Positions 11,580 through 22,039 of a stretch of DNA of 64,000 nt are shown in pieces. The notes beneath the pieces were generated by a model. That model had not been told where the DNA came from, searched no databases, and was given only the letters and a program-made list of their open reading frames with translations. The DNA comes from an uncultured delta proteobacterium (GTDB lineage Bacteria; Desulfobacterota; RBG-13-43-22). Within the stretch, counting starts at the first letter, position 1. Every line of letters starts with the position of its first letter. The stretch spans positions 1-64,000 of the forward strand of contig CAWBOS010000006.1 in NCBI GenBank assembly GCA_963790475.1, read 5' to 3'. Made by a program: the position numbers and the translations under genes.

Positions 11580-13841
11580 TTAGTTGGTTCGGCCGGCGCC
11601 CCCTACATCACTAATTTTTATTGCCTTGTTTCGAGATCTTGCCTTAGGCTTAAAACCTTCCTTTTTGAATTCTTTGGCTCGTTCTTCAATTTTCTTGACC
11701 ACATCATTGGCCACTTCTATGACTTCCTGCGGTGCCCGGAATGGTTTGTTTGTGAGCATCTTCAAAGCCACAAGTAGAGGCTCCATAACGCTCTCAGCCT
11801 TGGTGCCTTCTATCGCCTGCAGTGCTCCCTCAGCCTGATCATCGGCAACAGCCTCGACAATAAAACTGATTATATCTTCAGGAGAATTCTTGAGTATTTT
11901 TTCGTCATTAAGGAAGAAGTCCGTTTGTGCAAATGCCTCTTCCCATCTTGTTGCCATGCCGAATAAACAAGCGAGCGTATGGTGAAAGATGTTCAGTGAT
12001 AATTGTGCTATCGCTTTTGATGCAAGCTGGATTGCCTCATCAACTCTTGAAAAATCTCGCTTTAGATAAGCTATCCATGCTTTGCCGTTTAAAGCTCTAG
12101 CCACCTGCTCCTGCAACTCCGGCCTGTCACTCCCACCGAAGCGTTTTACAACCTCGTCATAGACGGACATCTCTTCTTCATGCTTTTCCAATTTGCCTAG
12201 TGTGAAGGCCTTATCGTTAAGCACCCTGGCCACCTGCTCCTGCAATTTAGGCTTGTCGCTTTCACCGAAGCGTTTTATTATCTCGTCATCGAGTGACATC
12301 GCCTCTTCATACCTCTCCAGTTTGCGCAGTATGAAGGCTTTATTGAGAAGTAATAAGGGAATATCTGAATATATATTTGGATCATTACCAGAGAAATTGA
12401 TCTTGGCAGATAGTTCGCTGTCAATTAGATTTAAAGCAGACATATAATCATTGTCGTTTATAGATGTCTTGAATTTGTTCCACCAAGCCGCCGAATGTGC
12501 TTCAGCCAAGTCTTTGGCCTCTGGAAGCGTAAAGAAAGACGCCGGCGTTTCTCTTAGTATGAGGTTCCGAGTACTTTCGTCATCGGAACGAGAAAGAATG
12601 TCCTTATATCCTTCAATGAATGCGCGTCTGTAGTCGCCGTCGAGTAGGCAGGCTTCGGATGCCAGTCTGCTGGCAAGGGGGGCTGGTCCGTAAAGGGGTA
12701 TCATGAACCTGATAAGGTTCTTGACCCGCTCTGATTCCACACCAGAGAGTCGCATGAGGTGATAGATGTTATAAAGGCGCTCTGCCACCTGATAGAGGTT
12801 TTTTCTGCCTACTTTGCCGGCTTCGATAACAGCCCCTTTTGAAACGAGTTTTTTGAGAAAGGCGCTGGTTGTGTTGACGTCCAGCCTGGAGCGTTTCGCA
12901 ACCATTCGCGCCTCGACGGGTTCCCAGATTTCCGCCAGCGTAACGAACACACGGCGTTCAAGATTCGGCAGGGCCTCTACATTCGCCTTGAAGTATGTTG
13001 TGTTGTCGTCTATGTATTCAACAAGATCCTCCATGAGTTGTGACAGGGGTTTCCCGGCGGCAAAACTTGCCAGAGTGGCCAGGAGACGAGGGCTTCCCCC
13101 CGCCAATATCTCCATGGGCCGTATTCGGTCATCTTTCAACTCCTCTTTAGTGATAGATTCCCATAGGATTCGGCAATCATTCGTAGAAAGGGGTTTCAGG
13201 GTTATTTCTCGGAAAAGCTCATAGTTGGCTTTATTGACGTTGGTGATTTCTTCAAAATGAGTAATGGCAGTGGCGACAAGCATGATCTCCGGATTTCCAA
13301 GTAGGGTTTTTCTCAGGTCCCAGGGGGTGTTGGAACTTGTCTGTTCAAAAAGCATTTGCAGGTTTTCTACGCAGAGCAACATTCTTTTCCCGCGTTCAGA
13401 TGCAAATTCGGATATCGCCGAGAGGCATTGAGCCCGAAGTCTCTGATCGTCGCGTTCTGGACAAAGGGCGTCATAACGATTCATCCACCGTTCAAATTCA
13501 CCGCCAGCCTCTTTTTCCTGGTTGGCAATCTGCTTCAAAGCCTGAAGCCAGAGTTCTCCCTCGCCGGATATCACGTAGATGTCCTCCGGCAGCGACAGGG
13601 GATACCACATACTACCCAAGACGGGGTCTTTTCGAATTGCAAGAGCAAAACGGCGCACAAGCATGGTCTTTCCCATACCGCGTGGGCCGATGATGATTAC
13701 ATGTTGATTGACCGGGCCTGTATTGTCTTTCGTGATTCCAAGGAGAAGGTCAAGTTCGGGAAAGCGGACGACAAAATTGGAAAGCAGTTCTTCGTCGCTC
13801 AAGAAGCGTGGATTATGTTTTATCAGACGTGTTCTTGTCAT
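11580..13841 (-). CDS. P-loop ATPase with wHTH and TPR repeats (STAND-like)
   Basis: GPRGMGKT, GGSPRL, wHTH-like segment, repeated TPR units (LQEQVAR.LN.KA). Confidence 0.8.
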   Translation of the reverse strand: MTRTRLIKHNPRFLSDEELLSNFVVRFPELDLLLGITKDNTGPVNQHVIIIGPRGMGKTMLVRRFALAIRKDPVLGSMWYPLSLPEDIYVISGEGELWLQALKQIANQEKEAGGEFERWMNRYDALCPERDDQRLRAQCLSAISEFASERGKRMLLCVENLQMLFEQTSSNTPWDLRKTLLGNPEIMLVATAITHFEEITNVNKANYELFREITLKPLSTNDCRILWESITKEELKDDRIRPMEILAGGSPRLLATLASFAAGKPLSQLMEDLVEYIDDNTTYFKANVEALPNLERRVFVTLAEIWEPVEARMVAKRSRLDVNTTSAFLKKLVSKGAVIEAGKVGRKNLYQVAERLYNIYHLMRLSGVESERVKNLIRFMIPLYGPAPLASRLASEACLLDGDYRRAFIEGYKDILSRSDDESTRNLILRETPASFFTLPEAKDLAEAHSAAWWNKFKTSINDNDYMSALNLIDSELSAKINFSGNDPNIYSDIPLLLLNKAFILRKLERYEEAMSLDDEIIKRFGESDKPKLQEQVARVLNDKAFTLGKLEKHEEEMSVYDEVVKRFGGSDRPELQEQVARALNGKAWIAYLKRDFSRVDEAIQLASKAIAQLSLNIFHHTLACLFGMATRWEEAFAQTDFFLNDEKILKNSPEDIISFIVEAVADDQAEGALQAIEGTKAESVMEPLLVALKMLTNKPFRAPQEVIEVANDVVKKIEERAKEFKKEGFKPKARSRNKAIKISDVGGAGRTN

Positions 13842-14628
13842 GATGTTTTATCCCCTTTTGGCAGTTCAATATAGCTCTGCTGGAATCTTTTCTTCCACCA
13901 GTCGCGTATGAGGTATGAAACAAATACCCATTGCTTCTTTTCTTCCACCCATTCAAGGTAACCATCGTGCTGGAGGATATCTATTACCTCTCTTATGATA
14001 TCATCGGTAGATGCCGGTAAATATCTTTGCGCCAATAAACGGGCCGTCTCGGTTGTTAAGATGTTGTTGACGGCGGTTTCTGTGAGGATGTCGAGGGCAA
14101 GAGGCACAGCTTCACTATCAAGCACGCGAAGAAGGCGCTCTTCATAATCGGTAAGTTCGGCATGACCACGGGTACTCAGGAGGGAATTGTTATAGACACG
14201 GTCTATATCTTCAATGGTTATTTCTTGCGCTCCCCTTTTAACGCAGTCTTCATGAATATGGCCGAACAACATTTGTACATGATGAGGAACAAAAATACCA
14301 AGATGGCTAAGCATTCTTTCACATAACTGATTTGACAGAGGGATATTGTTATAGGCCGATAATGCCCTAAGGCAATCCTTCGCCGTTTCTTTATTCCAAG
14401 GATCAAGATGAAAAGGACGCAACTGCGATATGGTGTAACTTAAGCCGTGGAGTCTCAAGACGGGTTCAAGCCCTATTGATCCGCAGACGATGAAGCGGAG
14501 TTTGTCCTGATGTTTCCCCATAATGGATCGGAGCCAGGAGAGGAAAATATCAGCGTCTTTGCGTCTGGTTTATTGTTGTCAAGAGTTTTTTAAATATTAT
14601 TAAACAAACTGGTAACTATCTTAGAGTG

Positions 14629-14781
14629 ACACCTTGCCCAACTCTGGTAATTTGAGAGTCTCAACAGAGCTCTAACCTTGCTTTATTGGGGTTAAGGTGC
14701 AAGCGGAGAGTTATTTAAGCTCTGCGAGAAGGTCGACTTAGTCGCCTTAGATGCCGCAAACGATAATCTCTCCGCTTACAC
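14629..14781 (-). ncRNA. Putative bridge/seek RNA of the IS110 element
   Basis: Two stem/internal-loop/hairpin modules in the 3' non-coding end; loop sequences match the insertion target and the donor junction. Confidence 0.75.
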
Positions 14782-14792
14782 GCTAAGAAGGT

Positions 14793-16052
14793 CTAAGCAG
14801 CCAGTTTTAACGTTGCTCCTTTTGAATAATTTTCCATATATTCGTTATGATCACGCACCAAGGCAAAAATAACACCGAGAAGCTTCCGGGCAATGGCTAC
14901 CAGGGCCTTGATCTTGGGCATTCCTTGATCCAGATGCCTTTGATAGGCCGTATGCATCACTCCCCCTTTTCGAACCGTATTGATAGCGGCAAAAAAGAGG
15001 ATTTTCCTAAGAAGCGACCGGCCTCTTTTGGATATATGACGATTCCCTTGGTGCCTTCCAGAACTGATTTCAAAGAGGTTCAGTCCGGCCAACTTCAGGA
15101 CTTCAGCCAGCGTATGAAATTTACGAAAATCCCCGACTTCTCCAATCAGTCCGGCGGTGGTAACCTCTCCTATCCCTTTCAAGGACAGAATCGAATGACT
15201 ATAGGGGATCTCGGGAAGAAGGGCCGCCATCTCCTGTTCCGCCTTCTCAATAAACTGGTCAGAAGATTCAATCTCAGAAAGAAGTTCTCGTATCTCAAAA
15301 AGAATCGCCTTGCGGCCTTCTTGAAGACCTACGGAATGGCCAGCGGCCGCATAAAGGGCCGGGGCTCGCTCTTTATCCAGCTTCCCTCGGCTAACCCGTC
15401 TCAGCGTGGCCCTCAAGGTCCCAAGACCACATTGGATAATATCTTCCGGGCACGGATAATGCCGCAACAGATATTGGGCACTGCGGGTTTTAATATTCTT
15501 CATCACTTGCAGAAACTCGGGGAAGACAATAAAGACCAAATCCTGAATCTGGTTCAAAAGGCCCGTTCGTCTTCGTATGGCTCTCTCCCTGGCATGGGTC
15601 AGTCGGCGAAGTTCAGCTGCCGCGCCTTCGGGAATGACCACGGTAAGGGCATGACCCAGCTCAATAATATCCGCAATGACTTTGGGATCTTTCCTATCCG
15701 TCTTATTGGGCGAGTTACCCTGGACTTCCTTCAACTTCTTCGTATGCATAGGATTAACCTGAACCAGTGTCACCGGCCGTTTCATCAGAAAATGTTGCAA
15801 GGGTTCTCCATAAGACCCGGTGGATTCAAAACCAACCACGATTTCTTCCAAGTGATTGGCCTCTTTGGCCTCAACCATCCGATTCCAAAATTTCGTAAAT
15901 CCTTGATCATTATTGAAAAACTCAAAAGGTTTGATTTCCGTCCGGTCTGGACAGCGGCCATATCCCATATTGGTCGTTTTGCCTATGTCCACGGTACCGA
16001 TAAGGGTTTTTTCATTGACCTTCTTAAGTTTTTTTGTTTCAATCTTATTCAT
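14793..16052 (-). CDS. IS110-family transposase/recombinase
   Basis: DEDD residues in GTVDIGK, FESTG, KTDRKD; C-terminal Transposase_20-type region GIG..SSG..ISKRG..LR; KALVAIARKLL. Confidence 0.96.
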   Translation of the reverse strand: MNKIETKKLKKVNEKTLIGTVDIGKTTNMGYGRCPDRTEIKPFEFFNNDQGFTKFWNRMVEAKEANHLEEIVVGFESTGSYGEPLQHFLMKRPVTLVQVNPMHTKKLKEVQGNSPNKTDRKDPKVIADIIELGHALTVVIPEGAAAELRRLTHARERAIRRRTGLLNQIQDLVFIVFPEFLQVMKNIKTRSAQYLLRHYPCPEDIIQCGLGTLRATLRRVSRGKLDKERAPALYAAAGHSVGLQEGRKAILFEIRELLSEIESSDQFIEKAEQEMAALLPEIPYSHSILSLKGIGEVTTAGLIGEVGDFRKFHTLAEVLKLAGLNLFEISSGRHQGNRHISKRGRSLLRKILFFAAINTVRKGGVMHTAYQRHLDQGMPKIKALVAIARKLLGVIFALVRDHNEYMENYSKGATLKLAA

Positions 16053-16961
16053 GGCTATACTCCTTTCCTTGGTTTGGGTTTAACCAACTTGCAAATTGGA
16101 CCTCAAATCAAGAAAGAGTATAGCCTTTTTTGTACGGCTTAACTACTTTCTAAAATATAGCAAGCTCTGTGTATAATCGGGAGCATTTTTACGGCCAAGA
16201 AGTCTTGTCAGCATTACCGGCAGTTCATCAAGACAAACGGTAACGGGACGGTCCGCCTGAGCGAGGCTCTCCATTATCTCCCTGCCTTTTGGGAGCCAGT
16301 CCCCCTTGAGACCTTCACGTATTTTGATCTCAAACAGACTGGAAGACCCCACACTCTCTATGTTTTCCTGGATCTGTTTCCAAAACGCCTTGAAGATACT
16401 GATAATCTTGTCGTGAAGAGCGCTATATGGACTGGTTTCTATGGAGATCGCCGTTATTACATCCTCCGGTGTTGTGCAGTGCTACAAATCAACAAACAGA
16501 AAATAATCAGCATTATTCTGGGCCATTCTTCTAAAGGTTTCGCGAACAAGGCTGGTTTTACCCACCCTGCGTGGGGCAACGATTAGTATGTTATTTCCCT
16601 CATCGATTAGAGTGGTTAATCGTTTGATTTCAATTTCCCGATTGAAAAATTCATCACCAGATACCCATGGACCATATTTGTTCTTCATGCCTTTTTCCAT
16701 TTATACCCTCCTATCTGGTAGTTATTTTCAAACCAATAAGTTGGCAACCTTATGGTTGGATAACATAGGTAGAGTTATTTGTCAATAATTATTTCCAACT
16801 AATTATTTGGCAACTTCTGGGTTGGTATTCTTTATAAGGAGTCGGTCGGTTTAAGATCGGGGCTATACTGTTGGACAAAATATGTAGGTATCTGATATAA
16901 ATTAACTTCTTTCCTCCATCCCTCCATCTGTTTCTGATTACCCGACGCTTCTCTTCCGCCC

Positions 16962-17106
16962 AAAACAAAAACCCCATCTCCTTTTCAAAAAAATGGGGTC
17001 TTGTCGGTTTACTTCATGGACCAGGCTTTCGTTTGGGGTTGCCGGAATCATTAAAGATAGAAATCTAATTTTAATAATATAAATCATAACAAACAGTTAA
17101 AGTAAA
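16962..17106 (-). repeat. Array element copy A (promoter + conserved core + terminator)
   Basis: TTTACT-19-TATATT ... GAAAGCCTGGTCCATGAAGTAAACCGACAAGACCCCAT..ATGGGGTTTTTGTTTT. Confidence 0.85.
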
Positions 17107-17207
17107 TCCGGTTTCAGTAAGGCTAAAGGCTGAAGGCTGTTAGACTGAAGGATAAGAAGAGCCTTCTGAATTAAAAATTTGGTGAAATTTAGATACATCA
17201 TACTAAT

Positions 17208-17765
17208 TTATTTACGTTTCCTTGAGTCTTTCCTCACCCCATATCGGGCTTGCTTCTCCTTGAGATAGAATCCAATTTTTCGTTTGGGCTTTTGTGGCGG
17301 TGCCATGAGCTGCCGGATTGCTTCAAAGACGATCTTGAACTGGCCATCATACTTTTTCTCCAGGTCATCCAGACGTCTGGCCAGATCTTTGTGGGAACCC
17401 ATGATCTCCCTCAGCCGGGTAAAAGTTCTCATAATCTGGATATTCACCTGAATAGCTCGTTTACTATTGAGAATGCTGGAGAGCATGGCTACTCCGTTTT
17501 CAGTGAAAGCATATGGTAATTTTCGGGTACCTCCCCATCTTGATGTTCCAAACTGGAAGATCAAGTTTTTAACTTCTTGATTTGTCAATTGAAACATGAA
17601 ATCCTCAGGGAACCGATCCAAGTTCCGCCTGACTGCCCTATTAAGATTCCCCGTGGTAACCCCATAGAGAACAGCCAAATCACGATCAAGCATGACCTTT
17701 TTGCCTCTTATAAGAAAGATTTTACTTTCAATGATTTCCTGCGGGATTAAATCCTTTTCTTCCAC
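17208..17765 (-). CDS. ORF6N-domain protein (copy 1)
   Basis: [44 protein letters not shown]; GTG start after GAGGAGG. Confidence 0.9.
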   Translation of the reverse strand: MEEKDLIPQEIIESKIFLIRGKKVMLDRDLAVLYGVTTGNLNRAVRRNLDRFPEDFMFQLTNQEVKNLIFQFGTSRWGGTRKLPYAFTENGVAMLSSILNSKRAIQVNIQIMRTFTRLREIMGSHKDLARRLDDLEKKYDGQFKIVFEAIRQLMAPPQKPKRKIGFYLKEKQARYGVRKDSRKRK

Positions 17766-17918
17766 CGGGATCCTCCTCAAATGACTTTTCTGGCTAACAC
17801 ATAATACTTTCGACGGCCCCACAAGTCTAACTTGATGTCGCAAAATGCGACTTCAAATAATCAAATTTTCCGCCCCCTTTCATCTTTGATATTCCAAATT
17901 AGAATCTCAAAGATTTCA

Positions 17919-18078
17919 TAACAAAAACCCATCTTCTTTTCAAAAAATGGGGCCTTGTCGGACTGCTTCATGGACCAGTCTTAAAAAGACAGGATTCGAG
18001 GATTCTAGGGTCCAAGGGGTTAAACTCCTATGTCTTTCATTCGAATGAACAATCTAAAGCATAACCTGTTAAAGTCGA
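17919..18078 (-). repeat. Array element copy B
   Basis: Degenerate promoter (16-bp spacer) plus CTGGTCCATGAAGCAGTCCGACAAGGCCCCAT..ATGGGTTTTTGTT. Confidence 0.85.
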
Positions 18079-18085
18079 CCTTTTC

Positions 18086-18136
18086 TGGTCATCTGGTCTA
18101 TCTAGTCTATCAGGTCTATTTAGTCTATCTGGTCTG
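18086..18136. repeat. 9-bp short tandem repeat (tggtctatc-like)
   Basis: tggtcatc tggtctatc tagtctatc aggtctatt tagtctatc tggtct; related tracts at 18812-18840 and 26733-26762. Confidence 0.8.
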
Positions 18137-18694
18137 GGATCTCATCTTAAAATTCTTTTTCCTGCCATACCGGGCTTGTTTTTCCTTGAGGTCGAATCCA
18201 ATCTTTCGTTTGGGTTTAATCGGCGGAGCCATAAGCTGCCGGATGGCCTCAAAGACCACTTTGAACTGAGCGTCGTATTTTTTCTCCAAGGTCTCGAGTT
18301 TCCGGGCTAGTTCGGCATGTGATAAAAGCATCTGCCTTAAGCGGACAAAAGCCCGCATGATCTCTATATTTACCTGAACGGCGCGCGGGCTGTTTAATAC
18401 GCCTGAAAGCATGGCTACCCCTTGCTCTGTAAAAGCGTAGGGCAGATATTTTGCGTGTCTCCCTTTCTCTAAGATTCCAAATTGGAATCTTAGAGATTTA
18501 TATTCCTCTTGGGTCAATTGGAACATAAAATCCTGAGGAAATCGATCCAGATTCCGTTTTACCGCCTTATTTAAATTCCCTGTAGTGACCCCGTAAAGTT
18601 GGGCCAAGTCGCGGTCTAAAATTACCTTTTGGCCCCGCAAGAATAGGATAATGTTTTCTATTCGGTCAATTGGGATTATAGATTTTTCTTCCAT
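18125..18694 (-). CDS. ORF6N-domain protein (copy 2)
   Basis: Same motifs as copy 1; tail [28 protein letters not shown]. Confidence 0.92.
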   Translation of the reverse strand: MEEKSIIPIDRIENIILFLRGQKVILDRDLAQLYGVTTGNLNKAVKRNLDRFPQDFMFQLTQEEYKSLRFQFGILEKGRHAKYLPYAFTEQGVAMLSGVLNSPRAVQVNIEIMRAFVRLRQMLLSHAELARKLETLEKKYDAQFKVVFEAIRQLMAPPIKPKRKIGFDLKEKQARYGRKKNFKMRSQTR

Positions 18695-18734
18695 TATCGT
18701 ACCTTAAATTGGATTAAAATTAATATCGGTCAGG

Positions 18735-18804
18735 AGTTGCCGGAATCATTAAAGCCAAAAATTAAAATTGTATAATATAAACCGTGACAAACGGTTAAAG
18801 TCAA
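18735..18804 (-). repeat. Array element copy C (promoter half only)
   Basis: TTGACT-19-TATATT, then CTTTAATGATTCCGGCAAC shared with copy A; terminator core absent. Confidence 0.75.
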
Positions 18805-18871
18805 CCCTTTCTAGTCCTTTGGTCTATCTGGTCTATCTAGGAAAACAGGGACAGCGTCCCTGTTTTCCTTT

Positions 18872-19389
18872 CTATTTAGAAATAATATCCACATCGAAGG
18901 TGACGTCGAACTTGTATTTTTTATCAAAGACTTCTAACTCCTTCTGCACAAATACATGTCCTTGGGCACGGCTTTTGGATATCATGGTCTCGCTCTTGAT
19001 ATCCTCCGGGGCCTTACCTATATTTTGGTCCGTGCTACCATCTCTAACATAAAAAAAATAGTATTTCAGGTTGCCTTTTGAGTCGAAGGTAAGTTCAATC
19101 CGGTTACTAAGTCCACCATAGCTGCCATCCTTTAACAATCCTTTCACAACTTCATTCCTGTCACCCATTTTGTCCGTAAGATAGACAATGGTCTTGGATG
19201 CCCCATAAAAATTTCCGCTGACGGCCACTCCATCATTGTAGTTTACCGTCGTCTTTCCAAACGTCAACGAGCCTTAACCATCGTTTTATTGGCATTGGTC
19301 TCTCCCACTGTGGCACCGGAAAGACCGGTTAAAATCCCAAGACCTAAAATGATACAGATACACAATAAACACACCGAACCGACTGCCAT
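18872..19389 (-). CDS. Hypothetical exported/membrane-anchored protein, probably frameshifted near 19270
   Basis: Hydrophobic segment MAVGSVCLLCICIILGLGILTGLSGA lies in another frame just upstream of ORF 18872..19267; start uncertain. Confidence 0.4.
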
Positions 19390-19680
19390 CCCTTAGACAT
19401 AAAACCTATTGTTTTCATATGTTCTGCTTCTGTTGGAAAACAGGGCCGGCTGATCCTCTGGGGGTGAAAAGAAGGTTCTAAGGCCTTTTTTGACCCTCAT
19501 TTTATAAACATTTCATTGTAAACTCACCTCCTCGACTAGTCCGACCCCCATTTACCCCTTTGTATAAGCACCATTCAACTCCAACCTCAGGCAATTACCC
19601 TTTTTCCTTGACAGAACACATTCCCCCTTTTATCGTCACAAGTGCAGGATATCTCAAACAGAGTAAGAGATTGAACAACC

Positions 19681-21837
19681 ATGCTCAAGTGCGGCATGGG
19701 AAGAACAGAGGACAGGAGCATGTACGATAGAATCGTTGAAAATATCTTCCGAAACACCGCCGGGGACAATCATCGTAGCCGCAGAGTTAACTTCGGCAGC
19801 AAGGGGGGGTTCTTGTCCTGTTTCCGTAAGTTGTTCCTAGTCCTGCTGCTTGTCCTGCTGCTGCCCCTTTCCTCCGTGGCCGAAAACCTTACCTGTCGCC
19901 GCCTGCCCATACTGATGGAAGGTTTCCTGGCCAACCACTACGCGATGAAGAATATGACCGAGGAACTCAAGACGCACACCGTCGACCAGATGATCAAGAG
20001 TCTTGACCCTTCTAAAACGCTTTTGTATGAGTCTGATCTGAAAATGCTAAGGCCGGTTCTCCAAAACGTGCTTACCAGCTTGCAGGCGGGTGACTGTGCC
20101 TTGCTTCAGAAGGTTTATGACGTTCTCGTCTCTCGGGCGCGGGAGAACGAGGCAATAGTCAAAAAGATTCTGGGGCCGGAATACCGGCTCGACGAGACAG
20201 TGGAGCTGAACATCAGTGTGGACAATCGCCCCTATGTGAAAACGGCGGCGGAAAAGTATGAGCTTCTGAGAAACTTTGTTCAATTCCAGATCGAAAATAC
20301 CCTGCTGGCTGGTGTTGATTTGGCAGAGGCCAAGAGGCAGCAGATTCACGATTATGAGCTGCAGACAATGCGGGTGGTCGAACGCAATCCTGAAAAGCTC
20401 ATAACGAGCGTCGCCGAGTCCTTCGCCCTTGCCCTGGATCCGCACACGAACTACCTGTCCCCCGATAAACTTGAGGATTTCCAGATTCATATGCAGCTTT
20501 CCCTGGAGGGGATCGGGGCCACCCTCAGCAGCAGCAACGGATTTACTGTCATTGAGGAGTTGATTCCCGGGGGAGGCGCCGAGCGTTCGGGTCTGTTGAA
20601 GGTGAAGGACAAAATCATTGCCGTTGCCCAGGAAGGGGAAAAGCCGGTTAATGTGATCAACATGGAATTACAAGCAGTTGTCAAGATGATCCGGGGCAAG
20701 AAAGGTACGCAGGTAACCCTGACGATCCTGCGGCAGGCGGAACACACAGACCGCTTCTACGTCACAATCATGCGCGATAAGATCGACATCAAGGAGCAGG
20801 AGGCCAAGATCGCCTACGAGATACGAACAGTGAACGGCAGACGGCACCGCTTCGGCGTGATCGATCTTCCTTCCTTCTATGGCGACGAGAAAGAAAATAA
20901 ATCATGCTATCAGGATGTGAAAAACCTCCTCGCGGAGGCCAGTCGACAGCATGTCGAAGGAATCGTGCTGGACCTGTCGCGCAATGGGGGAGGGCTGCTC
21001 AAGGAGGCGGTGCGCCTTGCCGGCCTTTTCCTTGACGGGGGTGGAATCGTGGCAATCAAAGACAGTAGGGACCAGGTGACGATTTTCGCCAATGGTTCAG
21101 CCGCATCGGAGCCGGAAAGCGATCAGCGCAAAGTGCTTAGGTTCCCCGCGGAAGACCCTCGCTCAGTCTATACAGGTCCACTTGTCGTGCTGACGAGCCG
21201 CCTGAGCGCATCGGCTAGTGAGATCGTGGCGGGCGCTCTCAAAGACTACCATCGCGCGGTGATCGTCGGGCAGGACCATACCTTTGGCAAAGGGTCTGTA
21301 CAAGTCCTGACGCCTCTCCCCTGGGATCTGGGCAGCATGAAAGTTACCACAGCGCTGTATTTCCTGCCCGGTGGCAAATCCACACAAAAGATCGGCGTAG
21401 AAGCAGATGTACGGCTTCCAATCTGGTTCATCCTCAAAGATATTGGTGAAAAGGACCTGGATTACCCACTTCCGGCCCAGGCAATCACGCCCTTCCTCAG
21501 CGTGCCGGGAAAAACCGCACCGCTCTGGAAATCTGTGGAGCAGCCTTTGCTCACAGAGCTGGCAGCAAGGTCCAAGGCCAGGGTCGCCCAAAATGTGAAG
21601 TTCGCCGAGATCATCAAGAACAACAAAGAGGACGCTGACAAGAAAGGGGTGATCCGGCTCGCCGACTTACGCAAGAAAATGGAGAAGGAAAACAGTGAAA
21701 AGAAGAAGGAGACCCCTACCGAGCTTAAAAAGAAGGCCCGGGACCAGTATGCTCCATTCGTGAACGAGAGCGTTAACATTTTACTCGATATGGTGCTGCT
21801 GGAGTCAGCCCCGACCATTTCGAACCTTAATAAATAA
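19681..21837 (+). CDS. prc: Carboxy-terminal processing (tail-specific) protease, S41A
   Basis: LDPHTNY, LEGIGA PDZ domain, DLSRNGGG, SASASEI catalytic Ser, TFGKGSVQ; exact start uncertain. Confidence 0.88.
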   Translation: MLKCGMGRTEDRSMYDRIVENIFRNTAGDNHRSRRVNFGSKGGFLSCFRKLFLVLLLVLLLPLSSVAENLTCRRLPILMEGFLANHYAMKNMTEELKTHTVDQMIKSLDPSKTLLYESDLKMLRPVLQNVLTSLQAGDCALLQKVYDVLVSRARENEAIVKKILGPEYRLDETVELNISVDNRPYVKTAAEKYELLRNFVQFQIENTLLAGVDLAEAKRQQIHDYELQTMRVVERNPEKLITSVAESFALALDPHTNYLSPDKLEDFQIHMQLSLEGIGATLSSSNGFTVIEELIPGGGAERSGLLKVKDKIIAVAQEGEKPVNVINMELQAVVKMIRGKKGTQVTLTILRQAEHTDRFYVTIMRDKIDIKEQEAKIAYEIRTVNGRRHRFGVIDLPSFYGDEKENKSCYQDVKNLLAEASRQHVEGIVLDLSRNGGGLLKEAVRLAGLFLDGGGIVAIKDSRDQVTIFANGSAASEPESDQRKVLRFPAEDPRSVYTGPLVVLTSRLSASASEIVAGALKDYHRAVIVGQDHTFGKGSVQVLTPLPWDLGSMKVTTALYFLPGGKSTQKIGVEADVRLPIWFILKDIGEKDLDYPLPAQAITPFLSVPGKTAPLWKSVEQPLLTELAARSKARVAQNVKFAEIIKNNKEDADKKGVIRLADLRKKMEKENSEKKKETPTELKKKARDQYAPFVNESVNILLDMVLLESAPTISNLNK

Positions 21838-22039
21838 CCTGATCAAATCAACCAGGTACCTGGAGTTGTTTCTAAGTTGCATAACCTCCAATGCCTTTCA
21901 TCCATCTTTATAGAAAAGGACATTGGCTTTAAACATTTGTTTGGGGTCGGACCTCACCCCTTTCGCGTGGTCCCCCATTTAACAATTCTTTTTAATTGCA
22001 AAGCCTATTTGTAAATTGGCCCACCGGCCAAACCTATAT

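Larger units (their letters stand above)
14567..16166 (-). mobile_element. IS110-family insertion sequence (1600 bp including one CT core)
   Basis: Flanked by CT at 14565-14566 and 16165-16166; excision restores the host reading frame; contains a DEDD transposase. Confidence 0.9.
13838..16700 (-). pseudogene. ATPase (archaeal-ATPase/ATPase_2-like) disrupted by IS110 and by a nonsense codon at 16482-16484
   Basis: GPWVSGDEFFNRE..APRRVGKTS, LDELP and CGSIGL in three pieces; removing the IS restores the frame (DYTQ|RRKDADIFLSWLRSIM); overlaps the downstream gene by 4 nt. Confidence 0.85.

Noticed and set aside
14847-16142. 431-aa plus-strand ORF
   Set aside because: Antisense shadow of the IS110 transposase; no recognisable motifs
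14564-16169. TCTG as a 4-bp target duplication of the IS
   Set aside because: Excision there leaves the host gene out of frame and gives a 19-bp rather than 17-bp junction promoter; the CT core fits both tests
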